Shown piece after piece: positions 1-14,072 of a DNA stretch of 64,000 nucleotides. Under the pieces are notes generated by a model. The model was given only the letters and a program-made list of their open reading frames with translations, searched no databases and was not told the DNA's origin. The translations under genes and the position numbers were made by a program. The DNA is taken from positions 62,001 to 126,000 of the forward strand of contig NMRA01000388.1 of assembly GCA_002633005.1 (NCBI GenBank), in the 5' to 3' direction. Origin of the DNA: Phoronis australis. Taxonomy: Eukaryota > Animalia > Phoronida. Position 1 is the first letter of the stretch. Every line of letters starts with the position of its first letter.

Positions 1-170
1 AGTTAAGTATTTGTCATCTTAATATCCATGCCTAAAAATTTTTAACTTTTGTGAGCAATCAAAGCAGGTTTTAATTTAAACGCTAGTAGGCCTATATTTT
101 ATCTCATGTAACCAATCCGTGCTCTGTATTTTAAACAACGAAACGCGCGTTTTATTTCAGACGAACAAAT

Positions 171-262
171 GCAGTGGTAGTCGCAGTAGCGGAAGAAGTA
201 GCAGTAGCAGGCGCGAGAGCGGCAGCGGTAGCGGCGGCAGCGGCAGCGACAGCTGCAGTAGT
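171..262. repeat. Degenerate (GCA/GCG/GTA)n trinucleotide low-complexity tract
   Basis: Run of gcagtagcagtagcag...gcggcagcggtagcggcggcagcggcag; no coding context recognised. Confidence 0.8.
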
Positions 263-1402
263 ACGTTTTATTTCATATCATGAAAAAATACAATATTGAA
301 TTAGAGAAGGCCCTGTGAAGGCTAGTCAGGGCCTAGTATGCACTCAGATGGGAAATTCATATAAGAACGTGTTACTTCAGTGACATGTGATGACTCGCGT
401 CTGAACCCCATTGTCGCCCACGTATTGCCCACACCCTCACGTGCCGGGTATTTTGTTCATGCAGCTGAGAAGCTAGTCTGTTCGATTGAGCACCAATGGC
501 CTAACAAGTATGTAGCAGTGTCTGCCAACAGGAGCACCTTTAGTGTTAAATTTGTTTGCCTTGCATAGTTGAATGCCAAATTGTTGTTTAATTGTCACTC
601 AAAATTCTTTTGAATATTTAGCTGTTTTGATTTGGGCAGACGACATGACGTTCTTTCTGGAAGGAGGCAGACGATGATTGTACAAGCATGTGACGCGGTC
701 ATTACGAATACCGCGCGTGTCCAACAGGGTTGGCTTTGAAGTTTTGGACACAAACTGCAACAAAGGGCATAAATCAGGGAGCAGACGATATTCTAAAAAT
801 GCCGGATGTTTCAAATTATGACGGAGGGACGATAGGTCATTCACACTGAAATGACTTATGGCTCAAATAGATGGCTACGTGTACCTTTAGACTACCGTTA
901 GCTAGTCTTGCTCTTATTTTTTCTATAATCATTGCATTGACAGTTTTAGGAGATTACAAGTATTTTTATTAGATTACAATTTATTTTAATTAAAAATTGC
1001 AACTCAAGCGATCGCACTGTACTAATGTTTCAAATAGGAAGAATGCCTTATTTCCTTGTCATAATTAAAGTTAAATACCAGCTCTTGTAATCAAAAGCTT
1101 TGTTATGACTAAATGCCACTAAACACTAAAATTTACTAAGATTGGGGAAATTTGAGCGAAACTAACTATTTTACGGTTTTGTTCTCAATCTGTTGGCATG
1201 GTAACAAAACGAGAGAATTATAATGAAAGGGATAGAAAATTCGGAATTTACATTATACTAAATAGATATCATAATGTAAATTAATGTGTTTTATTAAAAT
1301 AAAGCACATTAATTCAATAACAGAATGATCACAAGGCCGAAGAAAGGGCATAATTTGATTAGTTCTGGTCCTGAGCCCATGCAAAGCACCATCGCTTGCC
1401 TG

Positions 1403-1803
1403 GGCCCGGTCTCTAATCTTTGTACTCGAAACGAACTCGAAACTATTTTTGGCAATTTCTCTGCTCCTTTTGTGCGAACTTAAGATAATTGGTTATCAGA
1501 CTGTGCTCGAATACATTATAGTTTATGCATAGGAATTTCTAGTTCAAGTTTGCCCTTGAAGACCCTTATATTCGTGCTACAAACTCGAGTAAAAACTCGA
1601 AATTTCGAGTTCAAACTCGAACTTATTGCTTTAATATTGGGTTAACAAACTGTGAACTAAGGGCAATAAATTAGCTACGTAAGTTATTGTGTACTTGAGC
1701 ATAGAATAATAGACACTTATCTTGAGTTCGCCCAAAAGTAGAGTAGAAAATGCCAAACCTAATTTCGAGTTCCATTTTGAGTAAAAAGATTGGAGACCGG
1801 GCC
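1403..1803. mobile_element. PIF/Harbinger-like MITE, 401 bp
   Basis: TIRs GGCCCGGTCTCTAATCTTT / AAAGATTGGAGACCGGGCC with long imperfect internal inverted arms. CTG target duplication at 1400-1402 and 1804-1806 (CWG type). A partial second copy lies at 45509-45620. Confidence 0.85.
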
Positions 1804-2767
1804 CTGGTGATCCAACGGTAGCGGTGACAAGTATACACTACACTGTAGTTGTCTTATGATAATCGTGCTAAAAGCATTATACGGACATGCTGGGTTGTGA
1901 TGAGGACATGGTCCCGACCATTGTGTTACGCTGCAAACAATCACGCGTTTTACTGCAATTTCCCTCAGTTCCCAGTCACAGTCTCATCATGATTATTTAG
2001 TGTTTGGCAAACCAACGAACTAAATCCTAACAAACAAGACGCCCTGAGAAAGTGTTGAATATTGCCACTGAATTTTGATAAACGAGCAACAGATATTTGA
2101 ATTTTAGGAAGCTAAACTTAGTTGCAGACTGCAAACCAGAATTTTTATTTACTTCAACCCTTTACTGACAGATGATAAGCATGATTGAAGTGTCCAACTT
2201 CTTCCTCTTCTACATTTACAAAAAAGAGAAAATCAGCTCTGACAACACGAACAGACTTACACGCACACAAATGTTCGGTTGTATGTCTGTTGGCTACATT
2301 TTCACGAACATTGATCAAATTTCTATTGCTTACGCAAAGGCACTATAACCATATTCTAGTGTTAAAAACATTAACTTTCTTTACAAGAATTTTTGTTCCT
2401 CAAAACCAATGTGTTATAGCGTTCTGATCATTTCTATGAATTGAAAATTGCTACAATAACGTCTGGAACATTCAAACTGACAAATTTCTTCGGTGACTAA
2501 AACTTACCCACTGTGAAAAGCACCTTAATGTTAATGGGTCTGATCTGAAGTAACAGCGCCCTATCGGTTACTCTCAAGCTTAGAAATCATTTCTATCAGA
2601 GAAACAAAAAGAGGCCGATTTTATAACACTAAGTGGTCTATAACCAAAAATTGTTTTTTGGAAGAAGGGCGGGCATTTATTGCAGTTTTAAACGCCTGAG
2701 ATTTGAGACGAAACTCGGAAATGTCTATGTAAGGACACTATTCGCAGTCAACAGCAATCTATGACTA

Positions 2768-3006
2768 GGGGCCGGTTCCAAGAAACTGACTTGAGTTCAT
2801 TTTTTACTTAAGTCTAAGATTTGTCGTAACTTCCAAACTTTCAAACTTGCACATTTGGAAAGGTAGTCAAACTTGGCTCATACACTTAAGTCAAACTTAA
2901 GATCTCTTTCTTGATTTGGTTTTGAGACAAATTTAAGTTTATATTTTAGAATTTACTAAAATTTAAGATTTGTCTTAGCTAAGTCAGTTTTGTTGGAAAG
3001 GGCCCC
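2768..3006. mobile_element. Harbinger-like MITE, ~240 bp
   Basis: Imperfect TIRs GGGGCCGGTTCCAAGAAACTGACTT / AAGTCAGTTTTGTTGGAAAGGGCCCC; interior rich in CTTAAG/AAACTT repeats; TSD not clean. Confidence 0.7.
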
Positions 3007-4919
3007 TGGTCTACAGGCAATAAAGTTGTAAGTTTCATTGAAACCCATAATGTTAAAAATACTCGTTTCTCCAGTGAACAGGCCAGACCACAAATTCGTC
3101 CAAAGCCAAACATTGGTAGGTCATCTGTGGAACGTTGTTTCCAAAGCTGTTGTGCACTTTTGGGGCGTCAGCCAAAATACAGACTTGTTATGTCATCTTT
3201 TACGTAACTTGTTTGGAAAACACCGAAACAGACAAAACACACTAACTCCGCCGATCAGAACATGTATGTGAGTTCGTACTGTCCAATCACGAAGAGCATA
3301 AACAGACAAGATGCAAATTAGAGTTTTTGCATAAGTAGACATTTTTATCTTGCAACGGTACCTATTGAAACAATCGAATATTCATTTTGCAGATGAAAGG
3401 TAAACAAGCCATTGCACAGAACTTCACACACAAATTCTGTTCAAGCACAGCTGAGAAGACGATCAATATAATCTGGAGATTTCTGTTTATGTATCTTACT
3501 TAACTTGTCGTTCATCATTTAATGGAGACAGTAGTTTATAACGGCAACAACTTAGTTATAAGGATTATCATAATTTAATAACAAATTTCAAAATTTCTAA
3601 TTATTCCTTAATAGCATGAATTAGGTGACAACACGCACTAGGTGATGAGTTGGATTAATCGTGGAGACAATACATAAGGCATCCTGAACTGTCACATATT
3701 TTTTTCTTGTAAACGCACAAGGGGTGGATTAAGTTGCAAAACTAAGGCAGGAGTTATCCACAGACACTTTACAATGCGGAAAACGTTCACAACAAATACA
3801 GTCTCAATGTTTCCGTTTATAGATAAACATCATCCCAATATGTTTCCCATTGCGATGCGGGTATTACTGGGTGATTTCAGAAATCCAATACGAAACAAAT
3901 AAATAGTGACGACTTAGGTAATCAGACCGTAACAAAGTGCGTGTATTGTCAGTGTAGGTGAATATAGTGAAGAATACTAAAATAGCAAGTCTGTAAGACA
4001 AAACGATATCAAGAGAGGAACACCTTTGTATTGCAAAATGCACCTTTGTTGTCTTAATTCGTCAAAATAGACATAAATCAGAGTAAAATATTGATGTTTT
4101 ACTTTTCACAATTAACGAAAATGGAGTATGAGAATCGAATAATGAGACTTGACAGTTAAAAACACACTATAAACAAAAGTATTGCAGTAATCAGCGTGAT
4201 CAGGTAATGGGTAAAGTACTTGATGTTATAAATTTGATTTTTCTGGCCGAGTTTCAACTCAGATTGATATAAACAAATATACGTGGAAGGTCAAGAGGTT
4301 TGAATACGGACCAAGGCCAATATTTGTACTTCTTCGGTGTTTTTCCGACTCCTAATCAAACACATTTATCGTAAAATCTAAGCAGTGGGGGTACGCAGCT
4401 CATCGACTGATATTAAAATTGTGACTGCTGGGTGAGAACGGCTGACACAAAATGTGACAGGTCACTCGGATTTCTGAACTTTAAATGCATATTCGATATT
4501 GTTGAAGACGACAAACTGGGAAACGTAGTGACTGAGTTTACAATTTGTGTTTTCGCAGCAGCGATCTTTAGAACACGTACCAGCAACGTGCTCACGATTG
4601 CCACTAACGGACGATCAAAGTGAGCAACTTAAATCCGGAACAAAGTTTGCTCCCCGACTGAAATATAGTAATGCCAGTGATAACCGAGAATACTCTGTTG
4701 ATGTTTTCTAAGGTAATTGCGAGATTGATACAAGATACTGGGAAATTGAAATTCACCGCAAGAAAATAACCTCCAAGCAATGAAGAGTAACCTGTAACAA
4801 GCTGTACAATTCACCAGATTTATAGTTCATTTTCATTATTAAAAAACCTGGTTAACAAATGCCTTGATGACAAGAGACAGAAGTTCGTATAACCTAATGA
4901 CAAGACACCACGTTCCTAC

Positions 4920-5013
4920 CTCTCTTCTTTCTCATCCTTTTTCGTTTCGCCAGACAGCCAGTTATTGCCAGAATACACAAAACAATCGTCATGAAAACCA
5001 AGCTGAGCTTCAT
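4920..5013 (-). pseudogene. Exon segment encoding a hydrophobic helix followed by a basic cluster
   Basis: Translates MKLSLVFMTIVLCILAITGCLA-KRKRMRKKR and ends at a phase-1 AG/GTAGGA donor. The frame stays open upstream to a TGA at 5092-5094. Best read as TM plus stop-transfer of locus B; a signal peptide is the alternative. Confidence 0.55.
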
Positions 5014-7667
5014 GGTAATAGCATGTCCGCGCAAAGACGTTGGTTGTCCGATCAACACAGATACAAATTTGGATTTAACAATTGCTTCACATCATCTTTC
5101 CGTGTGATTATCTTCGAACATATTTCATAAACATGGACAACGGCGGTTTAACTCGTTAACCGCGGCTTCCCTTTGTGGTTAACGTGTAAAAATCCACTGA
5201 GATATTGGATCCGCTGCTTTTTAAAAAGCGATCACGTAATTTTACGCTCAATTAGTCCTTAGCCTGCGACGCACAGTCATGTTATTTTGTCTGACATGAC
5301 TAGCCCCAAGGCCCGCAGTGAAAACTAGAGCAGGTTACTAACGTCTCTGATTAACGCATTCTCTCAGGTAAAAACGAAAGACTATAAGCGAGCCTACTCC
5401 ATAGCACGAGAATCCCTGTTAGCTTGGTAGAGGACCCGGCCTCATCTTCTAGCCTAGGGTTTTACGCATTTCCTAACGCGTCCTGTGACCGCGTGGATTA
5501 AAATTTAATTGATGACTTAATGGCGCTGCCTGGCAACCGTCTGCTTTCCGACAAACATGTCGGAAATGCACGGAACCACAGACTGCTTTTCACGGGTGCT
5601 CAGTTTACGAAAAATCCAATGTCTCCCAGTCTAGAGCTACTGCGGAAAGAATAGAAAAATCAAGAAATCATTTGTATCACATGTTCATTGATTCTACTAT
5701 GGACATGCGCAGACGCAGTTCTGCAACTCTACTAAGTGCATGTGAAACAGACGTCTCGCTCCAGTACAAACACGTAAACATACACGGTGACTGACGGCGA
5801 CTTGTTAACAGAGAGCAACGCAGACTTCAAAAGTTTTGGAAATCAGCAGCTATAGCGCGTCATGTCGTCCAGGGTTTCCGTGTTTGCAAATTGTTTTTGA
5901 CAGGTGAGAAAAAGGGCAGGCGCCATTCCTTTAATTATAATGGGGAAAACGTCACATGTTTCGGATAAGGTTATTACGCAGAAGGTGCGACTGGGTACAG
6001 GAGACGCGTCTTCACCGTGAAGAATTAAACACTTGACGATCAAAAAATCTCTCAGTTTTGATATGCCCGAAGTTTCCAACGCACAAGTTTCCAATTCTAA
6101 AATTTTTATTCACTGAAATCATTATCACTATCGTAGCAGTGTTAAGGGGTTAGGCACATTTTTAATTTATCGTTGATTTTCATATTTTGGTCTGTAAAAA
6201 ATGTTGTCATCAAAGTGGTTTTTTCGTTACAGACGCCTAAGCACTGGCACCTGTGGCAAAATGTGTAATTTGCATGAGTTACTGAAAATCCATTTAATGA
6301 CTGAAATCCTTTCGAAAACGGACCAGTTTCGTTGTATGATATCTGCTTTGTGTATAATTATTTTTCCCTGTTTAGTGTTTTTCTTACGTTAGCGTAAGTA
6401 ACTTTTTTCAGGATTTCGAGTACCTCAAATTATAGCGTTTACACGGTTATTTTTTCTTTTATCTCATTTTTCATTTTGATGCCCATCGCACTTTCTATGA
6501 AATAAGAAAAAATAGAATTTGAGCTTCTCAAAGGTATACCAAATTCAAGATTACAATTATCGTCTGCATTTCATTAGATGACGAGTTATGTTGTTGGGAT
6601 TGTGATGAGAACAATGTAAGACAAGAAATTTCGTCTTTCATAAATCAAAAATTGCCGTTTTGAATTAAGTCGCACCTGTTATTGGGAGCAATGCCAAATT
6701 AACTAAAACACATCGCAAAATAAATATGTTTCAAAATTGAATAATTTGTCACTTGAAATGAAAAATCACATTCAAATGTTTTATAAGTTAGTCAACAAAG
6801 ACTGCTGGCAAGGCTTTTTGGCATTAACTTATGTCTAACCCTACGTTACGTTATGTCTAGTTAAGCTACTCATTGCTGGACGCTCACTCAGAACATCGTA
6901 ATGATTCATGCAAACTGCATAAAACTTACACAGACCCTAGGTCTCAAAACTGTCACTGGTGTATTTTTATGACCTAAATAAGATTTTGCTCTAGGGCGTT
7001 TGTACAGGAACCTTGCGAGGAGCGCTGTGATCAGGTCTTACAATACTTCATTTAAGCTATCATAGACTAGCACTCCTGAGAAGAGGAACTGGGTACTGTA
7101 GCGGTAAAGTTCACCGGACAATCGAAGCAATAGAGGAGACAATCATGTAACATGTTTCCGTGTTACCATAGGCGAGTATTGATAAAACTCATTGTTGTCA
7201 AGGAGATGGAAAAATTATCACAAGCAATGATGCCCATAAGATTACGTACGCCACAACGATGGGAGTAGAAATTAGAATACGTTTCGCACAGGCTGCATTT
7301 AATTTAACAACACCTGGAGGTGACCGAACTGTACAGATCTTTTCAAATGAGTTGTCTAAATCGTATTAACTTTATAATCAGAGACAAAAGTATGTACAAT
7401 GCGTTTTAAGGATTATTTCAAATGTCTTTAAAGACTACTTTGTCCATTTCATTTGCTCATAATTGTTTTATTTTGAAACAAACAATTTGGTCCAGACATT
7501 TCTGGCCGTAGGTACTCAACATTTCCTGTTTGTTTCGTTGACATAAAGACTACGTCACGAATCCGTATTTTCTAATGTAGATATAAACCGAATAACAATT
7601 AAATGAATTCAAGACAAGCACGAGATAATTGAAAACCGGAAGAGATTGGTGTGCCAATCATTCACTT

Positions 7668-7993
7668 GAAGGACATTTTCGGTTTTATGGTCAAAAACAC
7701 ATTTTTGGGGTTTATTGTTGAATGGGACATATCTCTGACATATCTATTGAAGTTATTAGCTTTGACCAGAATTATAAAACAACGTAATCCATTTTTTGAG
7801 ATTTTGTTATCGTTAATTAGGCCTATCTACGTTCGCTGAAATCAAGGTCGGTGACTTTACCAGTAAAACGAGCTTAAAAATTCTGTGCCATTTACCGAGT
7901 GGGATTTAGCTCTGCCAGCAGAGCGTCAGCCTGCAACCGCAGGGCTTGCAGGTTCAAGATCAGAAAATCACATTTCTGGCATATAATGTCCCT
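7668..7993. mobile_element. Kolobok-like MITE containing a tRNA-like segment (7901-7965)
   Basis: Degenerate ends TTGAAGGACATT / AATGTCCCT-TTAA. Internal GGGATTTAGCTC...AGAGCG...GGTTCAAGATC resembles Pol III A and B boxes. Confidence 0.45.
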
Positions 7994-9715
7994 TTAAGAA
8001 GCCTCCTGGTGCACATTCCGATTTTTGGTTTCCTAGAAAGAGAACCACTGCCTCCAGACCAGCAGAAGTAACAAGAGGTAAAATGAGGGAATGTGCGCGA
8101 TGCATCGTAACGTAAAAACAAACAGCGCTAAATTAATTAGCACAGGGGATGAAACAAACTCTCACCACGGGCCGCACACGTAGTACGCAGAAGATAAACT
8201 CCAGCTGGCAAACACGCACATACATTTGGAAGTGTAAGAGACCAACGTGCGCGACCTCTTTCCACGTGTAATTGTAATAGACAAGAAACGATTGTCATGT
8301 TTACCGGCGGTTTTCACTTTGGGAAAAGGACTGATAGCAAATAAGCGGCAGATTTTCTACTCATAAAACAACACGGCTATCGGTGACATATACGCACAAA
8401 CAACATAGTTACGCTCAGGTGAGAACCACGACACACCTCAGTAGACAACTAAGTACCCTGACCGTGAAGCACATCATCTCAAAATATCGCCGAATGTCGC
8501 ACAGGATACTTAACTCTTGAAGGGGGTCTACAACAACGTGTAAAATTAATAATTTCAAGGCAAAAACTACGGCGATGCGTATTTATTAGATAAGTATTAA
8601 ATCCATAAAATTAAATATGAATCGCTGACGTCAGATTATTAAAGATCTCTATTCCAGACTAAAGGGCAGCGACCTCTAAAGACCAGTTATTACACTACCT
8701 ATTTGTCCGTGGTAAGAATGCCCCGTGTGTTGTTGTTATGCGGGTTCCGAGATAACGATTTTGGTTCCGTGGTAGCAGTCTATAATCTATGGTGGTAGGA
8801 ATTTACTTCTCGACCCCCCTGAGCACGCAGACTACTAAAAACACTCTGATTCACCTGGACCTTTTGGTTTTCAACGTTCGTGGCATTAATGTTAATTTAA
8901 AGCCGCAAAAAACAGCTTTCCGTTGAACGAAGTCATCCTTTGATTTAAAACACTACACGCAATAAACGTGGTCCCTACTTGATCCTTACTCAGATGAGAA
9001 ACGATTTCTGGTCTTACAAAAATCTGACGACTCGCTTTTGCTCGAGACCATGCTCGGGCGAATACAATGACGTCACAAGTCCGACACTTGTAAAGCCTAA
9101 TCTCAATCAATAACGAACTGCAGTGTCATTTCTTTCCTCGTCAAGAAATCATACCTAAGGAACAATATGAGACCTATTTCATAAGAGTCAGTAGTCTCAA
9201 TTTAAAATCAAAACATTTCCACAGAAGGCGCATTTATAATAGGGTTGTACACTTCGATATCCTGGATGCCGTGGCCAAAAATGTATAGTTCGTTAAGGCG
9301 TGTTTTTGAAAAATGGTCTCCCGCTTTTTTGTTAGCAAAAGGTCCACTTAGTCAGAAATTCGAGCCCCCCATGTTAAAGGCTGGGTGCCCGCATGTAAAC
9401 GAGTACCTGTCCGAGAGTAAAAACGTGCTTCTCATGTACAGAATAAATTGCTCTACGCGTAGCTGTGGCAAATTTCTTACGTAGAATAGGGATGTTACGT
9501 ATTGCGTACCTATATCGCAGGTCCAGGGGACTAATCTCTATTTACAAAACTCGACTCGAAAATTAAAAGGATGCCAAACCCGGTTTTGCCCTATTACTAG
9601 GTATTAAATTTTTGGATAATAAAATGACGTTTTGAAACGCTCGACAACCTTCAAAAGTTTGGACGAAATTTAAAAACTCATTTCAAAGAATAAGCGAGTC
9701 ATGTTCAAGCGTGAC

Positions 9716-9915
9716 ATAGGCTTTAGGCGAGTTACACGGCAACTGTAAGGAAAGACCACCCATCTAGAACCATAGCATCCTATCTGAATATGACTTTCAA
9801 ATTGATTCCAGCTTTTATCTTTCAAGCTTGACTACAAAGATGCATTGAGAGGTGACATAACGATGATTGGTTGAAATCATCAAAACAGGGTTTAGTCTTC
9901 TTTTAACTTGAACCT
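9716..9915. repeat. Unclassified interspersed repeat, copy 1 of 3
   Basis: Core GCGAGTTAC..GCAACTG...GAAAGACC shared with 14300-14505 and 18365-18530; the third copy appears to resume near 19690 after an insertion. Confidence 0.65.
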
Positions 9916-12234
9916 ATCGACTTGGTAAACCTACAAATTTATATTCAAACCATGCGGCGTTATTGGTTACTAAGTTTCGTATATGAGTCTACTAGACGTG
10001 TGACAAAAGTGTTGGTAGTTTCAGTGTTTAAAACAATAACGAAAATGGTAGCGTTTTAACCAGACAAACGACCTCTTGGCGAAGAGGTTATTTTCGCCAG
10101 CATTTAGTTTGTTTCCTCACCACCCGAATCGCGAAATTTGATTTCAAAACTTGTTCACACAGCTGCCATAGCGACACTAAAACAAGGGCATCTTACCCCT
10201 ACACATGTGTGTCCTTTGGACTGGAGTGAGCGTTCCTGCTACAACGCCAGCAGTTGTGGGGTAAACCACAAGCAACCTGAGTACCAGCAAAGGTGCCACT
10301 TAATAGCGATCATGTATGAGTAGTGTTACATACGAATCCCTCATATTAATCGCCAAATACTTACAATTCTACAGGCATCACGTGACGGCAATCACTCAAC
10401 TTAATAGCTAAAGTGGCACTCAATGGTTTTTTTCGAGCCACAGTAAAATTGGCGCCTGCTGGATTGGCTGGACAATTTGTGTTACCACTTCCTATAGGGA
10501 AGACAAGTTTTGGCTGGAAATTCGGGTACCCCTCAAACTTAGCGAAAAAACGGACTGGTTGACACCTATTTTCTTCCGAAGTTTTTTGGAATCTGGAGTG
10601 TTTTTGCATTCTGAGTGTGTTGTCTGCTGGTACCTAGCAATTGCAGAAGAGTCGTGGTTTTGGGTCGAAAACTGCCAATTTGTGTATTTTTGCTTGTTCA
10701 TTGGCATCGCCGGCTTCGCACTTTGAATGCAAACGTTTTAGACTGTAGGCAAGCTTTGTGTATGGTCAGTACCTGCATAGACTTGCACATGTTTCATATT
10801 TTGTGGATTTGCTGTAGAAAAAATAAACTGCTTTCCCTCACTTCAACCTACTTGACGAGTATTCCGACTGGCTACAAATGTATAGCTTTCCATAAAATCA
10901 TGTGTTTATTGCCTGCCATGTTTCGTACTGAATGTAAACTTGTCGTGGACATAATTCAGTACGCGTACAAAAATAACATACGCGCGATAATTAGGTTCGC
11001 GAAGCGTAAACGTAACTTTCTCACTCTCAGTGAACATTTCTGTGTAGACCTATTCTGCGCGTAAAATAAGCACATTCTTAAGCGCAGAATGTACTTGTTT
11101 AAGAACCCATTGGAACATCATACCCGTGAATAATAAATGCGCTCGTGAAGAAAGGTGTTTTTGTCATAAGAAAAAATCTGTTTTGAATTGTGTCAGTTAG
11201 CAGAACTCACGGCCATTTGTCGTCTTCTATCCTCGTTTCAGGGCTTCTACACACGGTGTTCAGAAACAACTTATGATGTGGACTCTTGCTCTGGGTAATC
11301 ACTGGACCCTACTGTCATGGGCAAAAGTGAAGGTGAAATGACTTGGGGGAACCACTGAGGCTTCTGGGTAGAAGGCTGAGTGAGATGACCAGGTAAGCGG
11401 ATTCAGTGGTGATTGTGGACGCTATCTGTGAACAGTAACTTGGTTCAAATGTCAAGGACCAACGGTATGCGCGAAAGTGACCTCCGTACTTCGGCTAACT
11501 CTCTCAGTAAGAGCCTAATGATTACATATATACATGATAGCAGTGTTCTCATGGTTCCAAACCATGTGCTCAATGCAATGGGTCCGACCCTTTTGGATTG
11601 CGCAAGTCCGATACATCGGATCACCTGCAAATCTTTTTCTAGCACAACTCACACATTACGGAAATGTAGTTCGACACATATGCGCGCTTTCAACATTTTG
11701 CTTGAGTGACCAGATTTAAGCTTCGATGTTGTGTTGCCAAAAGAAAAACCATAAGAAAATACATTGGAACTATTATTACATATACACCTACATAGGGATG
11801 TACATGTCCCCTGAAGCTAGGAAACAGTAAGCACTATAGACCGATACCAAAAGTTTTTCATGTATTTACTGACGAAGTAAAAACATGGCTAAGCTAAGTA
11901 GCAGACATACAGGCGTGATCATCTTGACTGAGTCGTCAGACAAGATTTTCAGGACTACCAAGATTTCCGAAAGAATACCCACCAAAACAAAGTCACCATC
12001 GGGGCTCTTTAAGGAACAATGACAGAAAAAGCCGCCCGCCCCCACGCGGTCTCTTTTGGGATCGTATTCAATTCTGGCACTGTACAAAGGTGCCAAATAC
12101 GGCAAATTGTCATCATTTTCTTAAAGGACCATTAAAATATTTCAAGTTGATCGATATGTCAAATGAGGCGTCGCCGAACTAGTTTTAATGGATCCAAACT
12201 GCCGGTAAAGTGGAAACGAGCGCGTGTTCTGTAG

Positions 12235-12310
12235 ATGCGAGAATCTCGCGACAATGCGAGATCACGCAAGTCTTCGCGAGATATCGCCATGCGAAGCACG
12301 TGATCATAGT
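12235..12310. repeat. CpG-rich interspersed repeat with an inverted copy at 17205-17285
   Basis: TCACGCAAGTCTTCGCGAGATATCG...GCGAAGCACGTGATCA is the reverse complement of TGATCACGTGCTTCGC...CGATATATCGCGAAGACTTGCGTGA. Confidence 0.7.
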
Positions 12311-13135
12311 ATCTTCCTTCGCGAGATTCTTGTGTCTACGGAATTCAACCCTGACTAGTATTTCAAGTCATTGACTATTATTTCCTCGACTCACAGTAAC
12401 TGTAAAGGTAAGTAACAGGAGAAATAACCACTGGACGTATAGCTGCCTACTTGCAGGAGACTAACGAAGAAAATAGCAGACGTGACATTTCATGCGACGA
12501 CGGGCTCGAGGACTGACATAGAAATTGTTTTGCAGTAAAAAGTAACGCAATGTCCGGACTTTTAAGGGCGTAAGTTAAAGTTAGTTAGTTTACGTACGTA
12601 ATATATTACGGAGGTAAAGTAATTAACTTCAACTTACACCGCAAATAATTACTTTACGCTGCAAATAATTACTTTCCGCTTCTAACAAGAATTTACTTGC
12701 GGACTCAATTTACGTGAGTAACGTTCACCTATTTGGCCGAAGTTTTCTGCTCAGCAACGTCAATGTAAGAGGCTACAATGATCTTAGCTTCCGTCACTTC
12801 CTACCAGTAAAGAAAGAAGAATTGAGAAAAAAAAATACTACACGTAACACGACCCAATGAAAAACATTGTTTAAGATGGATTCATAACTCTTTCGATCAA
12901 TGACGACGAATAAAGATTTATGAGTAACCTGCGCAATGTAACTAACATTTTCATTATTACCGTAGCTTCTAATAAAACTCATGCTCCACAGATCCGGCCT
13001 CAATCTGATCGCCGTTTTTCAGAAATCACTACTTATGCCAAAACTACGACGGCACAGAGACCAGACATTTATTAATTTCAGAGAAGCAGTAGTATCCCCC
13101 GGCTTCTTTTGGAAAACTAGCTTCTGTTTGTAGAT

Positions 13136-13169
13136 TTACATTTCGAGTGTCCCACGTTTCGACGAGCGT
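13136..13169 (-). CDS. Gene A, probable last coding exon
   Basis: Acceptor TTCTATTGTTTACCCAG. In phase 2 (after the micro-exon) it reads RSSKRGTLEM* with TAA at 13136-13138. AATAAA on the minus strand lies ~65 nt downstream. Confidence 0.45.
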
Positions 13170-14072
13170 CTGGGTAAACAATAGAACGGGTAACTCAGTA
13201 TTTGCGACAAACATTATTCTATGTTCATATCTATCTAAATGCGATAGTAAAATTATTAACATATTAAGCTTTTATCAGTTTTGATACATCATCTTAAGTC
13301 ATGAGACCACGGAATATCTGAGCCGAGGCCAAGATTTTACTTGCCGCACTATGTAGCTGCCTAACCCGATACGATACTCATTTTACGCCATATATGAACC
13401 TTTCTTTAAAAATGAGACATGTGTTTAACTATTGACAGCTGAATTACTCTTTAGTGGACTCATCAATTAAAACAGCGGATAAATCCGGTACAAACGACGG
13501 ATCGCCTGTACGAAAGTGAAGATAGTCATTACGTCGTCGTGCTTAGTATATCTTTCGTATTTCACGTATGCAAGATCCTTTTATTGGTATGTATTGGTCC
13601 CTAGTCTGAAAAAATACAGTTGCTAAAAGAATCGCACTGACAGCGGTAGCGGAATCACTGACGTGAGAGGTTATAGCACGACTGACCGACAGTTGTCAAT
13701 CATGAGAAAAGCTAATAATCAAAGCATTTCAACGAATTACTTCTAACAGAATTAGCATGTGGTACCTGTTTGTGGACACGCATTTGCTCTTACTTTCTAC
13801 CACAAGCTATGGCATTCAATTATTCTACGGAAAACATTATAATGATGAACAACGTCCATCCTCGGATTCCAAGAGTCAACTTGGTAGTTTATCAGAGTGG
13901 CGTCAGAATCCAAAACGTCAGTATAACCAGCAAAACAAAAACAAAAACAAAAACAAAATACCGCGTCAAAATGATCCACCATAACTTTACTGTATTGTGA
14001 TTTATGCTAATTTAATTTATATGACTTTTGGTTTCATGGCAACAAAATGTGGTTGAGACTTCATTAACTTAC

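Larger units (their letters stand above)
4462..11922 (-). pseudogene. Locus B: degraded multi-exon gene resembling a type-I membrane receptor (signal peptide, Cys-rich part, stalk, TM, tail)
   Basis: Candidate exons: 11874-11922 (MITPVCLLLSLAMFLL, phase-1 donor GTCAGT, GC box near 12031); ~11500-11735 (Cys-rich, frameshifted, TNFR-repeat-like spacing); ~11211-11425 (S/T/P-rich, with stops); 10365-10491 (phase 1-2, donor GTAAGT); 10197-10276 (phase 2-1, donor GTAAGA); ~7050-7328 (CFDCPVNFTATVPSSSSQEC, frameshifted); 4920-~5110 (TM plus basic cluster); 4757-4791; 4462-4657. In-frame TGA, TAA and TAG stops occur. How the exons join is inferred. Confidence 0.45.

Noticed and set aside
4462-5110. 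Selenoprotein or TGA read-through (in-frame TGA at 4615-4617 in CSL*SS and at 5092-5094 in ER*CE, both followed by open frames)
   Set aside because: Other exons of the same locus contain TAA/TAG and frameshifts. The only SECIS-like stretch I saw (~3805-3835, minus strand) has too short a helix. Pseudogene decay is simpler; SECISearch3 would settle it.
7901-7965. Functional tRNA gene (also 19460-19530)
   Set aside because: Stems are broken and there is no acceptor pairing; treated as tRNA-derived repeat sequence.
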